Source: a virus
Virus genome (UHGV): UHGV-0110229
Length of the DNA: 53,808 nt
Direction: 5' to 3' (one strand)
Positions within the stretch are counted from its first letter, which is position 1, and each line of letters begins with the position of its first letter. The translations under genes were made by a program, and so were the position numbers. This document shows positions 9,665-17,543 of this stretch, piece by piece. The notes beneath the pieces were generated by a model, which searched no databases, was not told the DNA's origin, and was given only the letters and a program-made list of their open reading frames with translations.

Positions 9665-9689
9665 AGCCGCCGAATGGCGGCTTTTCTTT
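9665..9689 (+). terminator. Rho-independent terminator after cI
   Basis: AGCCGCC-GAAT-GGCGGCT stem-loop followed by TTTTCTTTG. Confidence 0.6.
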
Positions 9690-9781
9690 GCTAAAAAACA
9701 CCAAAACGTAAACAGAAAACCATGTTTATCATTTAAATATCAAGTGCTTATAAAATTTTATAAAAAAGTATACAAAATGTG

Positions 9782-9819
9782 TTGACTCGTGTTTTTACGG
9801 GGCGTATATTTCGAGTCAA
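9782..9819 (+). promoter_or_regulatory. Sigma70 promoter (PL-like) embedded in an operator palindrome
   Basis: TTGACT-17 nt-TATATT; flanked by perfect inverted repeat TTGACTCG (9782-9789) / CGAGTCAA (9812-9819); AT-rich upstream. Confidence 0.6.
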
Positions 9820-9852
9820 AAGGAGGAAGCAAGGCAGGGAAAGAAGGTTACT

Positions 9853-9890
9853 TGCTCTTTAATAATCTGGTCAGCCGCTGGAAGTGCGGC
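9853..9890 (+). promoter_or_regulatory. nutL-like site (boxA + boxB hairpin)
   Basis: TGCTCTTTAATAA matches boxA (rrn-type TGCTCTTTAACAA); then hairpin GCCGC-TGGAAGT-GCGGC; lies between promoter and the N-like gene. Confidence 0.6.
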
Positions 9891-9946
9891 AATTAACGAA
9901 GATGATTTTTTATTAAGTATCATCAAGGATATAAGGAGATCAGATC

Positions 9947-10237
9947 ATGACAGTTACAATCATGTATGGCAAATGTGACAGTAAACTGAATGCCAGGGAA
10001 CGCAGAAGAATAAAAAGAGAAAACGAAAGAAAATCATCACCTGCAATTAATAAAACAGACAATGTGGATAAAGCTATTCGCTTTGCAAACGAGGAAAGAT
10101 GCAAACCAAATAGCATTAAAGAACGTCGCAAAGGAGCAGTAAAATGGTATACGGAAAATGAAAGCGGCAACTACTACCACGCAACGCAACCACGCCATTT
10201 AGGGGAAAAACCACTTGATAAAGTCCGTTACCATTAA
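9947..10237 (+). CDS. N-type transcription antiterminator (P22 gp24-like, N-terminal arginine-rich motif)
   Basis: 96 aa; N-terminus MTVTIMYGKCDSKLNARERRRIKRE resembles P22 N as recalled (MTVITYGKS..NAKTRRHERRRK); AGGAG RBS; first gene after promoter and nut. Confidence 0.7.
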   Translation: MTVTIMYGKCDSKLNARERRRIKRENERKSSPAINKTDNVDKAIRFANEERCKPNSIKERRKGAVKWYTENESGNYYHATQPRHLGEKPLDKVRYH

Positions 10238-10267
10238 TACAAAATGTAAACAGCCGGAGGTGACGTT

Positions 10268-10390
10268 ATGGTTATTCAGGCGCTCCAATTCAAACTGGCG
10301 GTAGCGGAAATGCTTCATGATGCCGAAATGTGGAGCGCCGCGAATAAAGCCTTATATATAGTGTTAACAGCGAAGGAGATTAAAGAGTGA
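10268..10390 (+). CDS. Small ORF upstream of erf (positional analogue of P22 arf)
   Basis: 40 aa, GGAGG RBS, stop overlaps the erf GTG start (GTGA). Confidence 0.3.
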   Translation: MVIQALQFKLAVAEMLHDAEMWSAANKALYIVLTAKEIKE

Positions 10391-11028
10391 AAACAGAGTT
10401 ACACAAAAAACTGTGGACGATTCAGCAAACGCTGAACGCGCCGAAAAATCAGCGTAATAATTTCGGTGGATACAATTACAGGTCGGCGGAGGATATTTTA
10501 GAAGCGGTCAAACCACTGCTTCAAAGTATTACGCTGACTGTAAGCGATGAAATTGTCCTGATCGGCAATCGCTATTATGTGAAAGCCACTGCGACACTAA
10601 GCGACGGTGAGGATGAAATAGCGGTAACGGCTTACGCCAGGGAGGAAGAAAGCAAGAAGGGAATGGACGCAAGCCAGTTAACTGGCGCGACATCAAGTTA
10701 CGCGCGTAAATACGCTTTGAACGGGTTGTTCTGCATTGATGACGCAAAAGATCCTGATACTGATGCTTACGCGAAACAGACAAATCAACAGCCACGCCAG
10801 CAGAAAAACCCACCAAAACAACAACCACAGCAGCAGAAAGCGCCTCCAAATCCTGATGAGGTGTTAGCGCGTTTCTGTGATGCGGCAGCGAAAGCGCAGG
10901 ACGCTAACAAATTGCGCGAGATCTTCTGGAAGTGCTGGAAGCTACTGCCTAAAGATTCAGAGCAGCAACAGAAAGCCAAAGACGTTTATGACATTAGATT
11001 AAAAGAGCTTAACGGGGAGATCAGTTAA
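10387..11028 (+). CDS. erf: Erf-family single-strand annealing recombinase
   Basis: 213 aa, GTG start with AAGGAG RBS; strong resemblance to P22 Erf N-terminal domain as recalled; Q/P-rich linker. Confidence 0.8.
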   Translation: MKTELHKKLWTIQQTLNAPKNQRNNFGGYNYRSAEDILEAVKPLLQSITLTVSDEIVLIGNRYYVKATATLSDGEDEIAVTAYAREEESKKGMDASQLTGATSSYARKYALNGLFCIDDAKDPDTDAYAKQTNQQPRQQKNPPKQQPQQQKAPPNPDEVLARFCDAAAKAQDANKLREIFWKCWKLLPKDSEQQQKAKDVYDIRLKELNGEIS

Positions 11029-11444
11029 TGAGCTTAAATTTAATCACACTTGGCGGTAATATCGGGAATGATATGGAAATTCATTACACGCAAAACGGAA
11101 AGGCGATTGGTAGTTTTCCGTTAGCTGTAACGAATGGCTACGGCGATAATAAGCGGACAATGTGGGTCACTTGCCTGGTATTTGGCGAGCGTGCGGAAAA
11201 ATTAGCGCCACATATCCGCAAGGGTGGGAAAATAGTGGTAAGCGGTCGCCTGGATGTTCGGCAATATGACCGGAACGACGGCACGAAGGGGACGGCGGTA
11301 GAAGTGGCGGTTAACGAATTTGAATTCATGAACGTTAACCAACAAGGCCAGCAGCAAGGCCAGCAGCAGAAAGCGCCACCGCATCAAAATAATAACGTGA
11401 ATAATCCTCCGCCGATGGACTTCGACGATGATATTCCGTTCTGA
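11028..11444 (+). CDS. ssb: Single-stranded DNA-binding protein
   Basis: 138 aa; OB-fold-like N-terminus, Gln-rich linker, acidic C-terminal tail DFDDDIPF. Confidence 0.85.
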   Translation: MSLNLITLGGNIGNDMEIHYTQNGKAIGSFPLAVTNGYGDNKRTMWVTCLVFGERAEKLAPHIRKGGKIVVSGRLDVRQYDRNDGTKGTAVEVAVNEFEFMNVNQQGQQQGQQQKAPPHQNNNVNNPPPMDFDDDIPF

Positions 11445-11459
11445 TTCAATAGGTTAGCG

Positions 11460-11738
11460 ATGGGTGATTATTTAAAACCGCCACCGCCACCGCGAACAAA
11501 AGAGCAAGTTCTAAAAGAAGCCCGTGATCATATCGATCATGGGCTTTTTTTATGCGGAACGGCAGCGGAACGGATGGCAAAAAGATTTAGTGACCTGTAC
11601 GCAAAACAAATATGGTTCGACAACTGGCAGGCAAGTTTTTACCCACTGCAAAGAAAACCGGATATGCATTGGCCTGAATATGTCGATCCACGTATGCGCA
11701 AATATCGCGGGCGTATGGGTCAGGTTATTAACGATTAA
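11460..11738 (+). CDS. Hypothetical early protein
   Basis: 92 aa ORF after ssb; position where P22 carries anti-RecBCD genes, but no sequence evidence. Confidence 0.4.
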   Translation: MGDYLKPPPPPRTKEQVLKEARDHIDHGLFLCGTAAERMAKRFSDLYAKQIWFDNWQASFYPLQRKPDMHWPEYVDPRMRKYRGRMGQVIND

Positions 11739-11752
11739 TGAGGTATTAAATC

Positions 11753-11977
11753 ATGATCGAAGGTAAAGAAGTTGATAGGGAAATGCCTGACACAGCAGAT
11801 GACTACGTTACTTTTGATGGTGGCATGTATGAGTTCGATACGTCGGCTGGTTGGCATGATAAATGGCCTCTGCCTACTCGCAAGGAATTGAATGACCGTA
11901 AATCATTCGGCGAAGATGCCGAACGCCTGGCGAATAACAAATGGCTTGATAAATTCATTGCGGAGGGTGGCAAATGA
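11753..11977 (+). CDS. Hypothetical early protein
   Basis: 74 aa ORF. Confidence 0.4.
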   Translation: MIEGKEVDREMPDTADDYVTFDGGMYEFDTSAGWHDKWPLPTRKELNDRKSFGEDAERLANNKWLDKFIAEGGK

Positions 11978-12081
11978 AAAAGATTGCAATGTTAGCCGCA
12001 TTTGTTGCTGTGGCGGCTGTTTACCTTAGTGCGTCACTTTATATCACTGTGGCGATTGTTAAGCTGATTACTGACATGTGA
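11974..12081 (+). CDS. Small hydrophobic peptide (35 aa, single TM)
   Basis: MKKIAMLAAFVAVAAVYLSASLYITVAIVKLITDM; GGAGGG RBS; ATGA overlap with upstream gene. Confidence 0.35.
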   Translation: MKKIAMLAAFVAVAAVYLSASLYITVAIVKLITDM

Positions 12082-12088
12082 GGCTTAT

Positions 12089-12205
12089 ATGCGAGTCGAT
12101 AAAAATACTGTAAGGGCTGTTTTCTGCGTGGTCGCTTTCGTCTTCATGGTGGTAATAGCTGGCGCTACTGCGGCAATTATTAGCTATATCGGCGGGGTGA
12201 TGTGA
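12089..12205 (+). CDS. Small hydrophobic peptide (38 aa, single TM)
   Basis: MRVDKNTVRAVFCVVAFVFMVVIAGATAAIISYIGGVM; stop overlaps next start (TGATG). Confidence 0.35.
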   Translation: MRVDKNTVRAVFCVVAFVFMVVIAGATAAIISYIGGVM

Positions 12206-12477
12206 TGATTACTTGGAATGCAAAAGATGGCGATCTTGTTGTTTTACCTGAGTATCGTAGTGACCCTGGCCTGGTCGTGCTGAATAAGACATTTAATGAT
12301 CTTGAGCGCCCGATCCTGGTTAAATACCTGGACGGAACAATTATAGAGCCGCGTTTCTTTGACAAGATTGAACTGAAGGCCCGAAATGTTCGCGTTAAGC
12401 CGTTCCGGGCTTATGCTGAAAACCACTGGCGGAAATTATTCGCCGGACTGAATGGGATGTACGGCGTATGGCTATAA
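12205..12477 (+). CDS. Hypothetical early protein
   Basis: ORF (track 12202..12477); ATG at 12205. Confidence 0.35.
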   Translation: MITWNAKDGDLVVLPEYRSDPGLVVLNKTFNDLERPILVKYLDGTIIEPRFFDKIELKARNVRVKPFRAYAENHWRKLFAGLNGMYGVWL

Positions 12478-12659
12478 AATTAGTGAAAGTTAAAGATTTA
12501 AAAGGTGGTGAAAAGATCCGAACGTGGTATGGCTATAAATTTATTATAGCTGCCTTTTCTTTTGGGCCAGGTGGTCAGGTAACATTATTTGATGAGGAAG
12601 ATGACGAGGTTGGTAAATGGCATCTTGAGCAATACGTCGAGGTGTTAAATGAAAATTAA
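12468..12659 (+). CDS. Hypothetical early protein
   Basis: 63 aa ORF, coupled to neighbours. Confidence 0.3.
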   Translation: MAIKLVKVKDLKGGEKIRTWYGYKFIIAAFSFGPGGQVTLFDEEDDEVGKWHLEQYVEVLNEN

Positions 12660-12981
12660 ATTCCATAAAGGCTATGATTCAGCTACTAACAAGCTATCGC
12701 TATTTATTGAGTTCGAGCGCAGGATCGTGGTTGTTCCTTATTCTCGGCGCTTTAATGATGCGGCAGGGCGGAGACAGTTCGCGTTAGACATGTTGTTACG
12801 TGGTTGCGGCCTTATGCGCCCGCTATCTGATTTAAAACGGATAATGCCTGGATCGTTCGGTCAGATTGATGAAATAGAAATAAGCCAGGAAGAGCTAAAA
12901 CGGGAGCGTGATTTATTCCTTTCAAGTGAAGGAAACCCGTTCAATCCAGAAACTGAAATGAAATGGCATCACCCACTATAA
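12649..12981 (+). CDS. Hypothetical early protein
   Basis: 110 aa ORF. Confidence 0.35.
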   Translation: MKIKFHKGYDSATNKLSLFIEFERRIVVVPYSRRFNDAAGRRQFALDMLLRGCGLMRPLSDLKRIMPGSFGQIDEIEISQEELKRERDLFLSSEGNPFNPETEMKWHHPL

Positions 12982-12993
12982 AGGATAAATATC

Positions 12994-13614
12994 ATGAACG
13001 ACATCAAAACAGCTTATTCACTCGGCAGCGAAGGCATGTTAATCACTCGCTACACTGAAGACGCAAGTTTTCATGAAGTTGAAATTAAAGATTATCACGA
13101 AGTATTGAAAGATATGGAAGCTGGCAAGTATGACGCTGATTTGAATCTGGCGTTACAGATTGTTGATATTGTGATGGATGCGTCGATCCGCGATTATGTG
13201 TCTTTAAATGCTGAAGAAAAAACGGCCGTAGCTCGTTATGTCTTCTGCCTTACTTTCGTAAAACGAATGGAAGAAGAATTTGGACGAGTACCAGTGCCGG
13301 AAGAAATTGACCCGCTGGCGTTCGGAAGTGCTGTTATTTTCCCGTTAGATGAAAATCATATGGGTAGCGTTGCGCTGTATTCTATGCGCGGCGTAATGAA
13401 AGAAATATTCGAGGCTAAAGCGTTACAGAAGTGTATTGATGAAGGGCACAAAGAGGAAGACGTAAAGGCGATCATGCCATTGTTTTACGGCGAAATGGTT
13501 GGAAATAATATGCGTGCAAATGATTTAGGTGTACAGGCGGCTATAGCTGTGCTTAATGATGTACGGAAAAACGTGCAGCCAATGCCTGAACCTGAAAAGC
13601 GCGTACTTCATTAA
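12994..13614 (+). CDS. Hypothetical early protein
   Basis: 206 aa ORF, acidic. Confidence 0.45.
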   Translation: MNDIKTAYSLGSEGMLITRYTEDASFHEVEIKDYHEVLKDMEAGKYDADLNLALQIVDIVMDASIRDYVSLNAEEKTAVARYVFCLTFVKRMEEEFGRVPVPEEIDPLAFGSAVIFPLDENHMGSVALYSMRGVMKEIFEAKALQKCIDEGHKEEDVKAIMPLFYGEMVGNNMRANDLGVQAAIAVLNDVRKNVQPMPEPEKRVLH

Positions 13615-13713
13615 CGTTGTGGTTGCGATCGCATAAATATACGTTTTGTGTTGCGATCGCAAATCCGTTTTGTGAACTGAAATCAAAAGGTTTACGGCGC
13701 GGAGGAAAACAAG

Positions 13714-13932
13714 ATGGCCCGCGAATTAATGCTTTATTGTGTTGAGGGTGGAGTAGGTCACGATGCCTACGTCGCCGGGAAAGGCTATCCAGCCGATGAA
13801 GTGCTTTCTAATATGCACTTCCGGGAAAATGAAAGCCGGGTGTCTGTGTGGAAACGGTGCATTGATGGTATTGAAGTTGTAAGTATCGAACGGTATTTAG
13901 GCACATTTGATTACGGTGTTATTGAGGCTTAA
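13714..13932 (+). CDS. Hypothetical protein
   Basis: 72 aa ORF. Confidence 0.35.
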   Translation: MARELMLYCVEGGVGHDAYVAGKGYPADEVLSNMHFRENESRVSVWKRCIDGIEVVSIERYLGTFDYGVIEA

Positions 13933-14030
13933 TTATGGACGACACATTGTTTTATATGTGCTGTTGCTGGGGTTTTATTGCCTTATGCCTGTTTATCAGG
14001 TGGTTTATTGAATACCATATGAGGTGATTT

Positions 14031-14222
14031 ATGAAGTGCGTTGCATACTATAGGCTACCTGATAACGCTAAATTAGCTGGGATCGGTTATGCTGGCTGTT
14101 ATTACTATAACGCGGTCGGTGATATTTACAGAGTTAACATTATTGATGGTGTGCAGCATTTTCGCCTAATGACTTGCACATTAAAAGAGCTAAAACAGGC
14201 GGTAAATATGTATGAAGTTTAA
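14031..14222 (+). CDS. Hypothetical protein
   Basis: 63 aa ORF. Confidence 0.3.
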   Translation: MKCVAYYRLPDNAKLAGIGYAGCYYYNAVGDIYRVNIIDGVQHFRLMTCTLKELKQAVNMYEV

Positions 14223-14415
14223 ACAGTATAAAGAATGGAAGATTCCAGAATCAGCAACAAAGGCAGCGCCCGGAAACTTTTCGGGCGTTTATTTTTATAT
14301 GGAAGGGAAATGGTATTTCGGCAGCAGGCCGGATCACTATTATCAAGAAATATGCAAGCCTCATGTGTGGGATATTAAGGAACGCGTGCAAGGTGGTGTA
14401 ATAGACGAGGTTTAA
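14212..14415 (+). CDS. Hypothetical protein
   Basis: 67 aa ORF. Confidence 0.3.
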   Translation: MKFKQYKEWKIPESATKAAPGNFSGVYFYMEGKWYFGSRPDHYYQEICKPHVWDIKERVQGGVIDEV

Positions 14416-14416
14416 A

Positions 14417-14653
14417 ATGGTTAAGAGCTTTTTTAACTGGTTGGGGGCGTGGCTTTTGGCTACGCTTTTTGTTTTTTTGGTGTTCAGCGGCGGCATCGTC
14501 ATATTTACGCTGGCTGTGATGTTTGTTACATGGTCAGTACCTGAGTTTAATGACTTGGGATCTATTCTTACCATAGCCCGCGCTTTATTGGCTGTTAGCT
14601 CATTTATTGGTTTTTGCTGGACTGTAGCGCCTGATTGGGGTGATGAATGGTGA
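14417..14653 (+). CDS. Small membrane protein (2 predicted TM helices)
   Basis: 78 aa, two hydrophobic stretches. Confidence 0.35.
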   Translation: MVKSFFNWLGAWLLATLFVFLVFSGGIVIFTLAVMFVTWSVPEFNDLGSILTIARALLAVSSFIGFCWTVAPDWGDEW

Positions 14654-14891
14654 TCCTATGGCTTTGTTTAATATGTCAGAGCCGCAATTTAACGCCGTTA
14701 AAGCTGCCGCCCGCGCCGCGCTTTCTGCCTGCAAAGCGGAGGTAGAGAAAAACGGATACAGCGATAAAGCTACGCGGCTGATATTAGAAAAGCATTATCG
14801 CAAAGTCGCCCCGCTAATCAGCATCGAGCGTTTTGTCTGGCTGGTGGGGTATTTAAACAACAGATGGGGAACTGATCAGGATTATTTCTAA
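14640..14891 (+). CDS. Hypothetical protein
   Basis: 83 aa ORF. Confidence 0.35.
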   Translation: MMNGDPMALFNMSEPQFNAVKAAARAALSACKAEVEKNGYSDKATRLILEKHYRKVAPLISIERFVWLVGYLNNRWGTDQDYF

Positions 14892-14900
14892 GGGGGCGTA

Positions 14901-15440
14901 ATGAAGAATGACTACGGCGGAAGCCATACGCCGAAGGAAATTAAAGACCTATGGCAGACGCCAAAACCAGTTTTTAGAGGAATGGATCGCGAGTTCGAAT
15001 TTGTCGCAGATGTGGCGGCAAACAAGGCAAATGCGCTAGTTCCGCGATATATAACCGAAGAAATGGACACATTGCATTATCCGTGGGGAGCGGTGGCAAT
15101 GCCTGGTGAGTATGTATGGCTTAATCCGCCATATTCTAATCCGGGGCCATTCGTTGATAAAGCTGCGCTTGAACACAGCAGAAACCATATCGGATGCGTA
15201 ATGCTGTTGCCCGCTGATATTTCTGTTAACTGGTTTATGAACGGCGTGGGGACGGCAAACGAATGCAGATTAATCACGCGCGGGCGGCTGGCTTTTATAA
15301 ATGCTGCGACTGGTAAGCCAGTGAGCGGAAACAATAAAGGCAGCTTGTTTTTGATCTGGCATCCACGGTGCAGACATGAATGTATTTTTACACACGTAAC
15401 GCGCAAAGATCTATATGCAAGAGGTGCAGATAATGACTAG
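14901..15440 (+). CDS. Phage Dam-type DNA N6-adenine methyltransferase
   Basis: 179 aa; amino-methylase motif NPPYS; size and layout typical of small phage Dam enzymes. Confidence 0.65.
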   Translation: MKNDYGGSHTPKEIKDLWQTPKPVFRGMDREFEFVADVAANKANALVPRYITEEMDTLHYPWGAVAMPGEYVWLNPPYSNPGPFVDKAALEHSRNHIGCVMLLPADISVNWFMNGVGTANECRLITRGRLAFINAATGKPVSGNNKGSLFLIWHPRCRHECIFTHVTRKDLYARGADND

Positions 15441-15930
15441 TGCAGCAGATTTATTACGACTTGCAGCGGAAACAATTGAGCAAAGAGGGAAACAAAACGG
15501 ATACGACAGAAAACAAGAAAAATCAGCGCCAAAAATAGCCACTATATACAACGCTAAGAAGGGCGCAAATTTAACCCCACTTGATGTATGGGATCTGTTG
15601 ATTTGTCTTAAGGAGGCGCGTTTAGAGGCAATTTTGGCTAATGGTTCTGACCCTACTGATACTTTGGTTGACTTAATCAGCTACAGCGCACTAAAAGCGG
15701 AGCAAATATTAAATGATCGGGAGAATGAGCAAAAGAAAAATCAGTTCACTGCCGCCAATATTAATGATGGAATAATAAATGACGCAGCAATAACAAGCTG
15801 TAAGGGGTTGCCACCTTCAATGCTTAATCCTCAATGTGGTTGTATTTCAACTCGGCTTGATTTGAATTTCAAAAGATCTGAGGCTATTCGCGATAAGAGG
15901 TATGACCCAAATGAAAAAGGTGACAATTGA
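15433..15930 (+). CDS. Hypothetical protein adjacent to methyltransferase
   Basis: 165 aa from ATG at 15433 (GAGGTG RBS), overlapping the methylase stop. Confidence 0.4.
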   Translation: MTSAADLLRLAAETIEQRGKQNGYDRKQEKSAPKIATIYNAKKGANLTPLDVWDLLICLKEARLEAILANGSDPTDTLVDLISYSALKAEQILNDRENEQKKNQFTAANINDGIINDAAITSCKGLPPSMLNPQCGCISTRLDLNFKRSEAIRDKRYDPNEKGDN

Positions 15931-16414
15931 CAGGTTATTGGCCTGCGTTTACGTCGCCGTTTTCGTGATCATCAACCTTATTGTTAACCATTGCGGTCCG
16001 TGGGTAATTCCTATCACCACGGTAGCCGTAGTGTGTGTCAATATGATGATCCGCGACTTTCTGTTATATGACGGCGGCCTGAAATGGTCGGCTACAACAT
16101 GCGCCGCCGCTGGCGCAATCACGGTGCTGATAAATTATGACGCAGGGATGGTGGCAATCGCGTCATTCGTCGCGGTTGTTTCTGGTGCGCTTATATCTGG
16201 CGGCGTTTACCGGGTTTTACCTGGTGATTTCGATTCGAAACGCTGGCCTGCAAATATAGCGTCAGCCATTGGCGATGCGTTGATTTTCCCTACGTTATCG
16301 TTTATGGCATTCATGCCGGAAATATCAGCAATGCAATTCATCTCAAAAATGGCAGCGGTAACGGTGATCACTATCATCATGCGCCGCTATTTCACGTTTG
16401 AGGGCAAAAAATGA
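15902..16414 (+). CDS. Integral membrane protein (4-5 predicted TM helices), function unknown
   Basis: 170 aa, strongly hydrophobic throughout; lies between two methyltransferase-like genes. Confidence 0.45.
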   Translation: MTQMKKVTIDRLLACVYVAVFVIINLIVNHCGPWVIPITTVAVVCVNMMIRDFLLYDGGLKWSATTCAAAGAITVLINYDAGMVAIASFVAVVSGALISGGVYRVLPGDFDSKRWPANIASAIGDALIFPTLSFMAFMPEISAMQFISKMAAVTVITIIMRRYFTFEGKK

Positions 16415-17193
16415 GCAAGGGTAAACACTGGTTAAATAATTGGCTTAGAAGTTGGGTTGTGTGGTCGCTGTACGACGGCAGCGGGTACGCCGTTAAAGAT
16501 TGGGCGGAAGCAGGATATAAGTGCTATTGCTTCAACTATGACGGCGCAAATCACGGCGATTATGAAGGCGTTAAAATCATTCATCCGAATATTGAATACG
16601 TTAACGTGTGGATTGACAGCCATTTCCTGGTAATGTTCTCCCCTGAATTGTCTGTTTATCCAGAGCCTGACATTATCTTGGGTTTTCCTCCATGCGACGA
16701 TCTCGCCGTGTCTGGCGCTCGCTGGTTCGCTGATAAACGGAAAAAAGATCCTGACTTCCAGGTGAAGGCGGCGAATAGCGCAAAACTGGTAGAAAAACTG
16801 GCGGATATGCACAACGTTCCGTGGATGGTGGAAAATCCGGTGGGAGCACTGTCAACGCTATGGCGCAAACCTGATTTTATCTTCAACCCGTGCGCTTACG
16901 GTGGCTACCTGCCTGAAGATGACAAACATCCTGCTTTCCCTGATGTTTACCCGCCGCGAGACGCGTACACGAAGAAAACTTGTATTTGGTGCGGCAACGG
17001 ATTTAAACAGCCGCTTTTTAGACCTGTAGATCTTAACTCTGGTGATAACCCTGGGTGGGCGAAAACCGGAGGAAGGACGAAACGAACAAAGATGATCCGC
17101 TCACTAACGCCGCGTGGCTTTGCCCGTGCTGTATTCCTGGCTAACGACCTGGCCATCAATCGTGCTACGCTCAACCGCGTTTTACCGGACTGA
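16411..17193 (+). CDS. DNA C5-cytosine methyltransferase-like protein with atypical PPCD motif
   Basis: 260 aa; motif I-like LYDGSG, motif IV-like GFPPCDD (Cys kept, Q replaced), motif VI-like VENPVG; short variable region. Confidence 0.45.
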   Translation: MSKGKHWLNNWLRSWVVWSLYDGSGYAVKDWAEAGYKCYCFNYDGANHGDYEGVKIIHPNIEYVNVWIDSHFLVMFSPELSVYPEPDIILGFPPCDDLAVSGARWFADKRKKDPDFQVKAANSAKLVEKLADMHNVPWMVENPVGALSTLWRKPDFIFNPCAYGGYLPEDDKHPAFPDVYPPRDAYTKKTCIWCGNGFKQPLFRPVDLNSGDNPGWAKTGGRTKRTKMIRSLTPRGFARAVFLANDLAINRATLNRVLPD

Positions 17194-17290
17194 AATTTAC
17201 AAAATGGCGTCATTGCGTGATGTGGATCACATAATGGCGCTTTTTACCTTGTTCTGACGTATCCATTTTGTATACTTCAAACAAGCAAAA

Positions 17291-17325
17291 TGCTCTTTAA
17301 AAATCCGGCAGCGCTGAAATGCGTA
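17291..17325 (+). promoter_or_regulatory. Internal nut-like site (boxA + weak hairpin) upstream of the ninF/ninG-like genes
   Basis: TGCTCTTTAAAAATCCGG then CGC-TGAAAT-GCG; the 17-mer GCTCTTTAAAAATCCGG is identical to the leftward nut-like site. Confidence 0.4.
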
Positions 17326-17352
17326 GAAATCACCTGAAAAGGAGAGAGCATT

Positions 17353-17529
17353 ATGCCTTTTGATAATTACCAATGGCATGACGACTATGAACGAGAAAGC
17401 GTCATGCGTGCAATGTGCAATGTATGCAGCACGAAGAAAGGAGACTGCAACGAGTGCAACGAATGTTTAGATCATTGGCTAAAGGCCGGACACGCCGAAA
17501 GGCTGAACGAAACAGAGAATCAAAAATAA
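17353..17529 (+). CDS. Small Cys-rich protein (NinF-position)
   Basis: 58 aa MPFDNYQWHDDYERESVMRAMCNVCSTKKGDCNECNECLDHW..; strong RBS GGAGAGAGCA; just upstream of ninG. Confidence 0.35.
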   Translation: MPFDNYQWHDDYERESVMRAMCNVCSTKKGDCNECNECLDHWLKAGHAERLNETENQK

Positions 17530-17543
17530 TCGGGGTGGTTTTT

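Noticed and set aside
16432-17213. Several 60-126 aa reverse-strand ORFs inside the C5-methylase-like gene
   Set aside because: Overlapping antisense frames in a coding region with clear sense-strand motifs; likely spurious.
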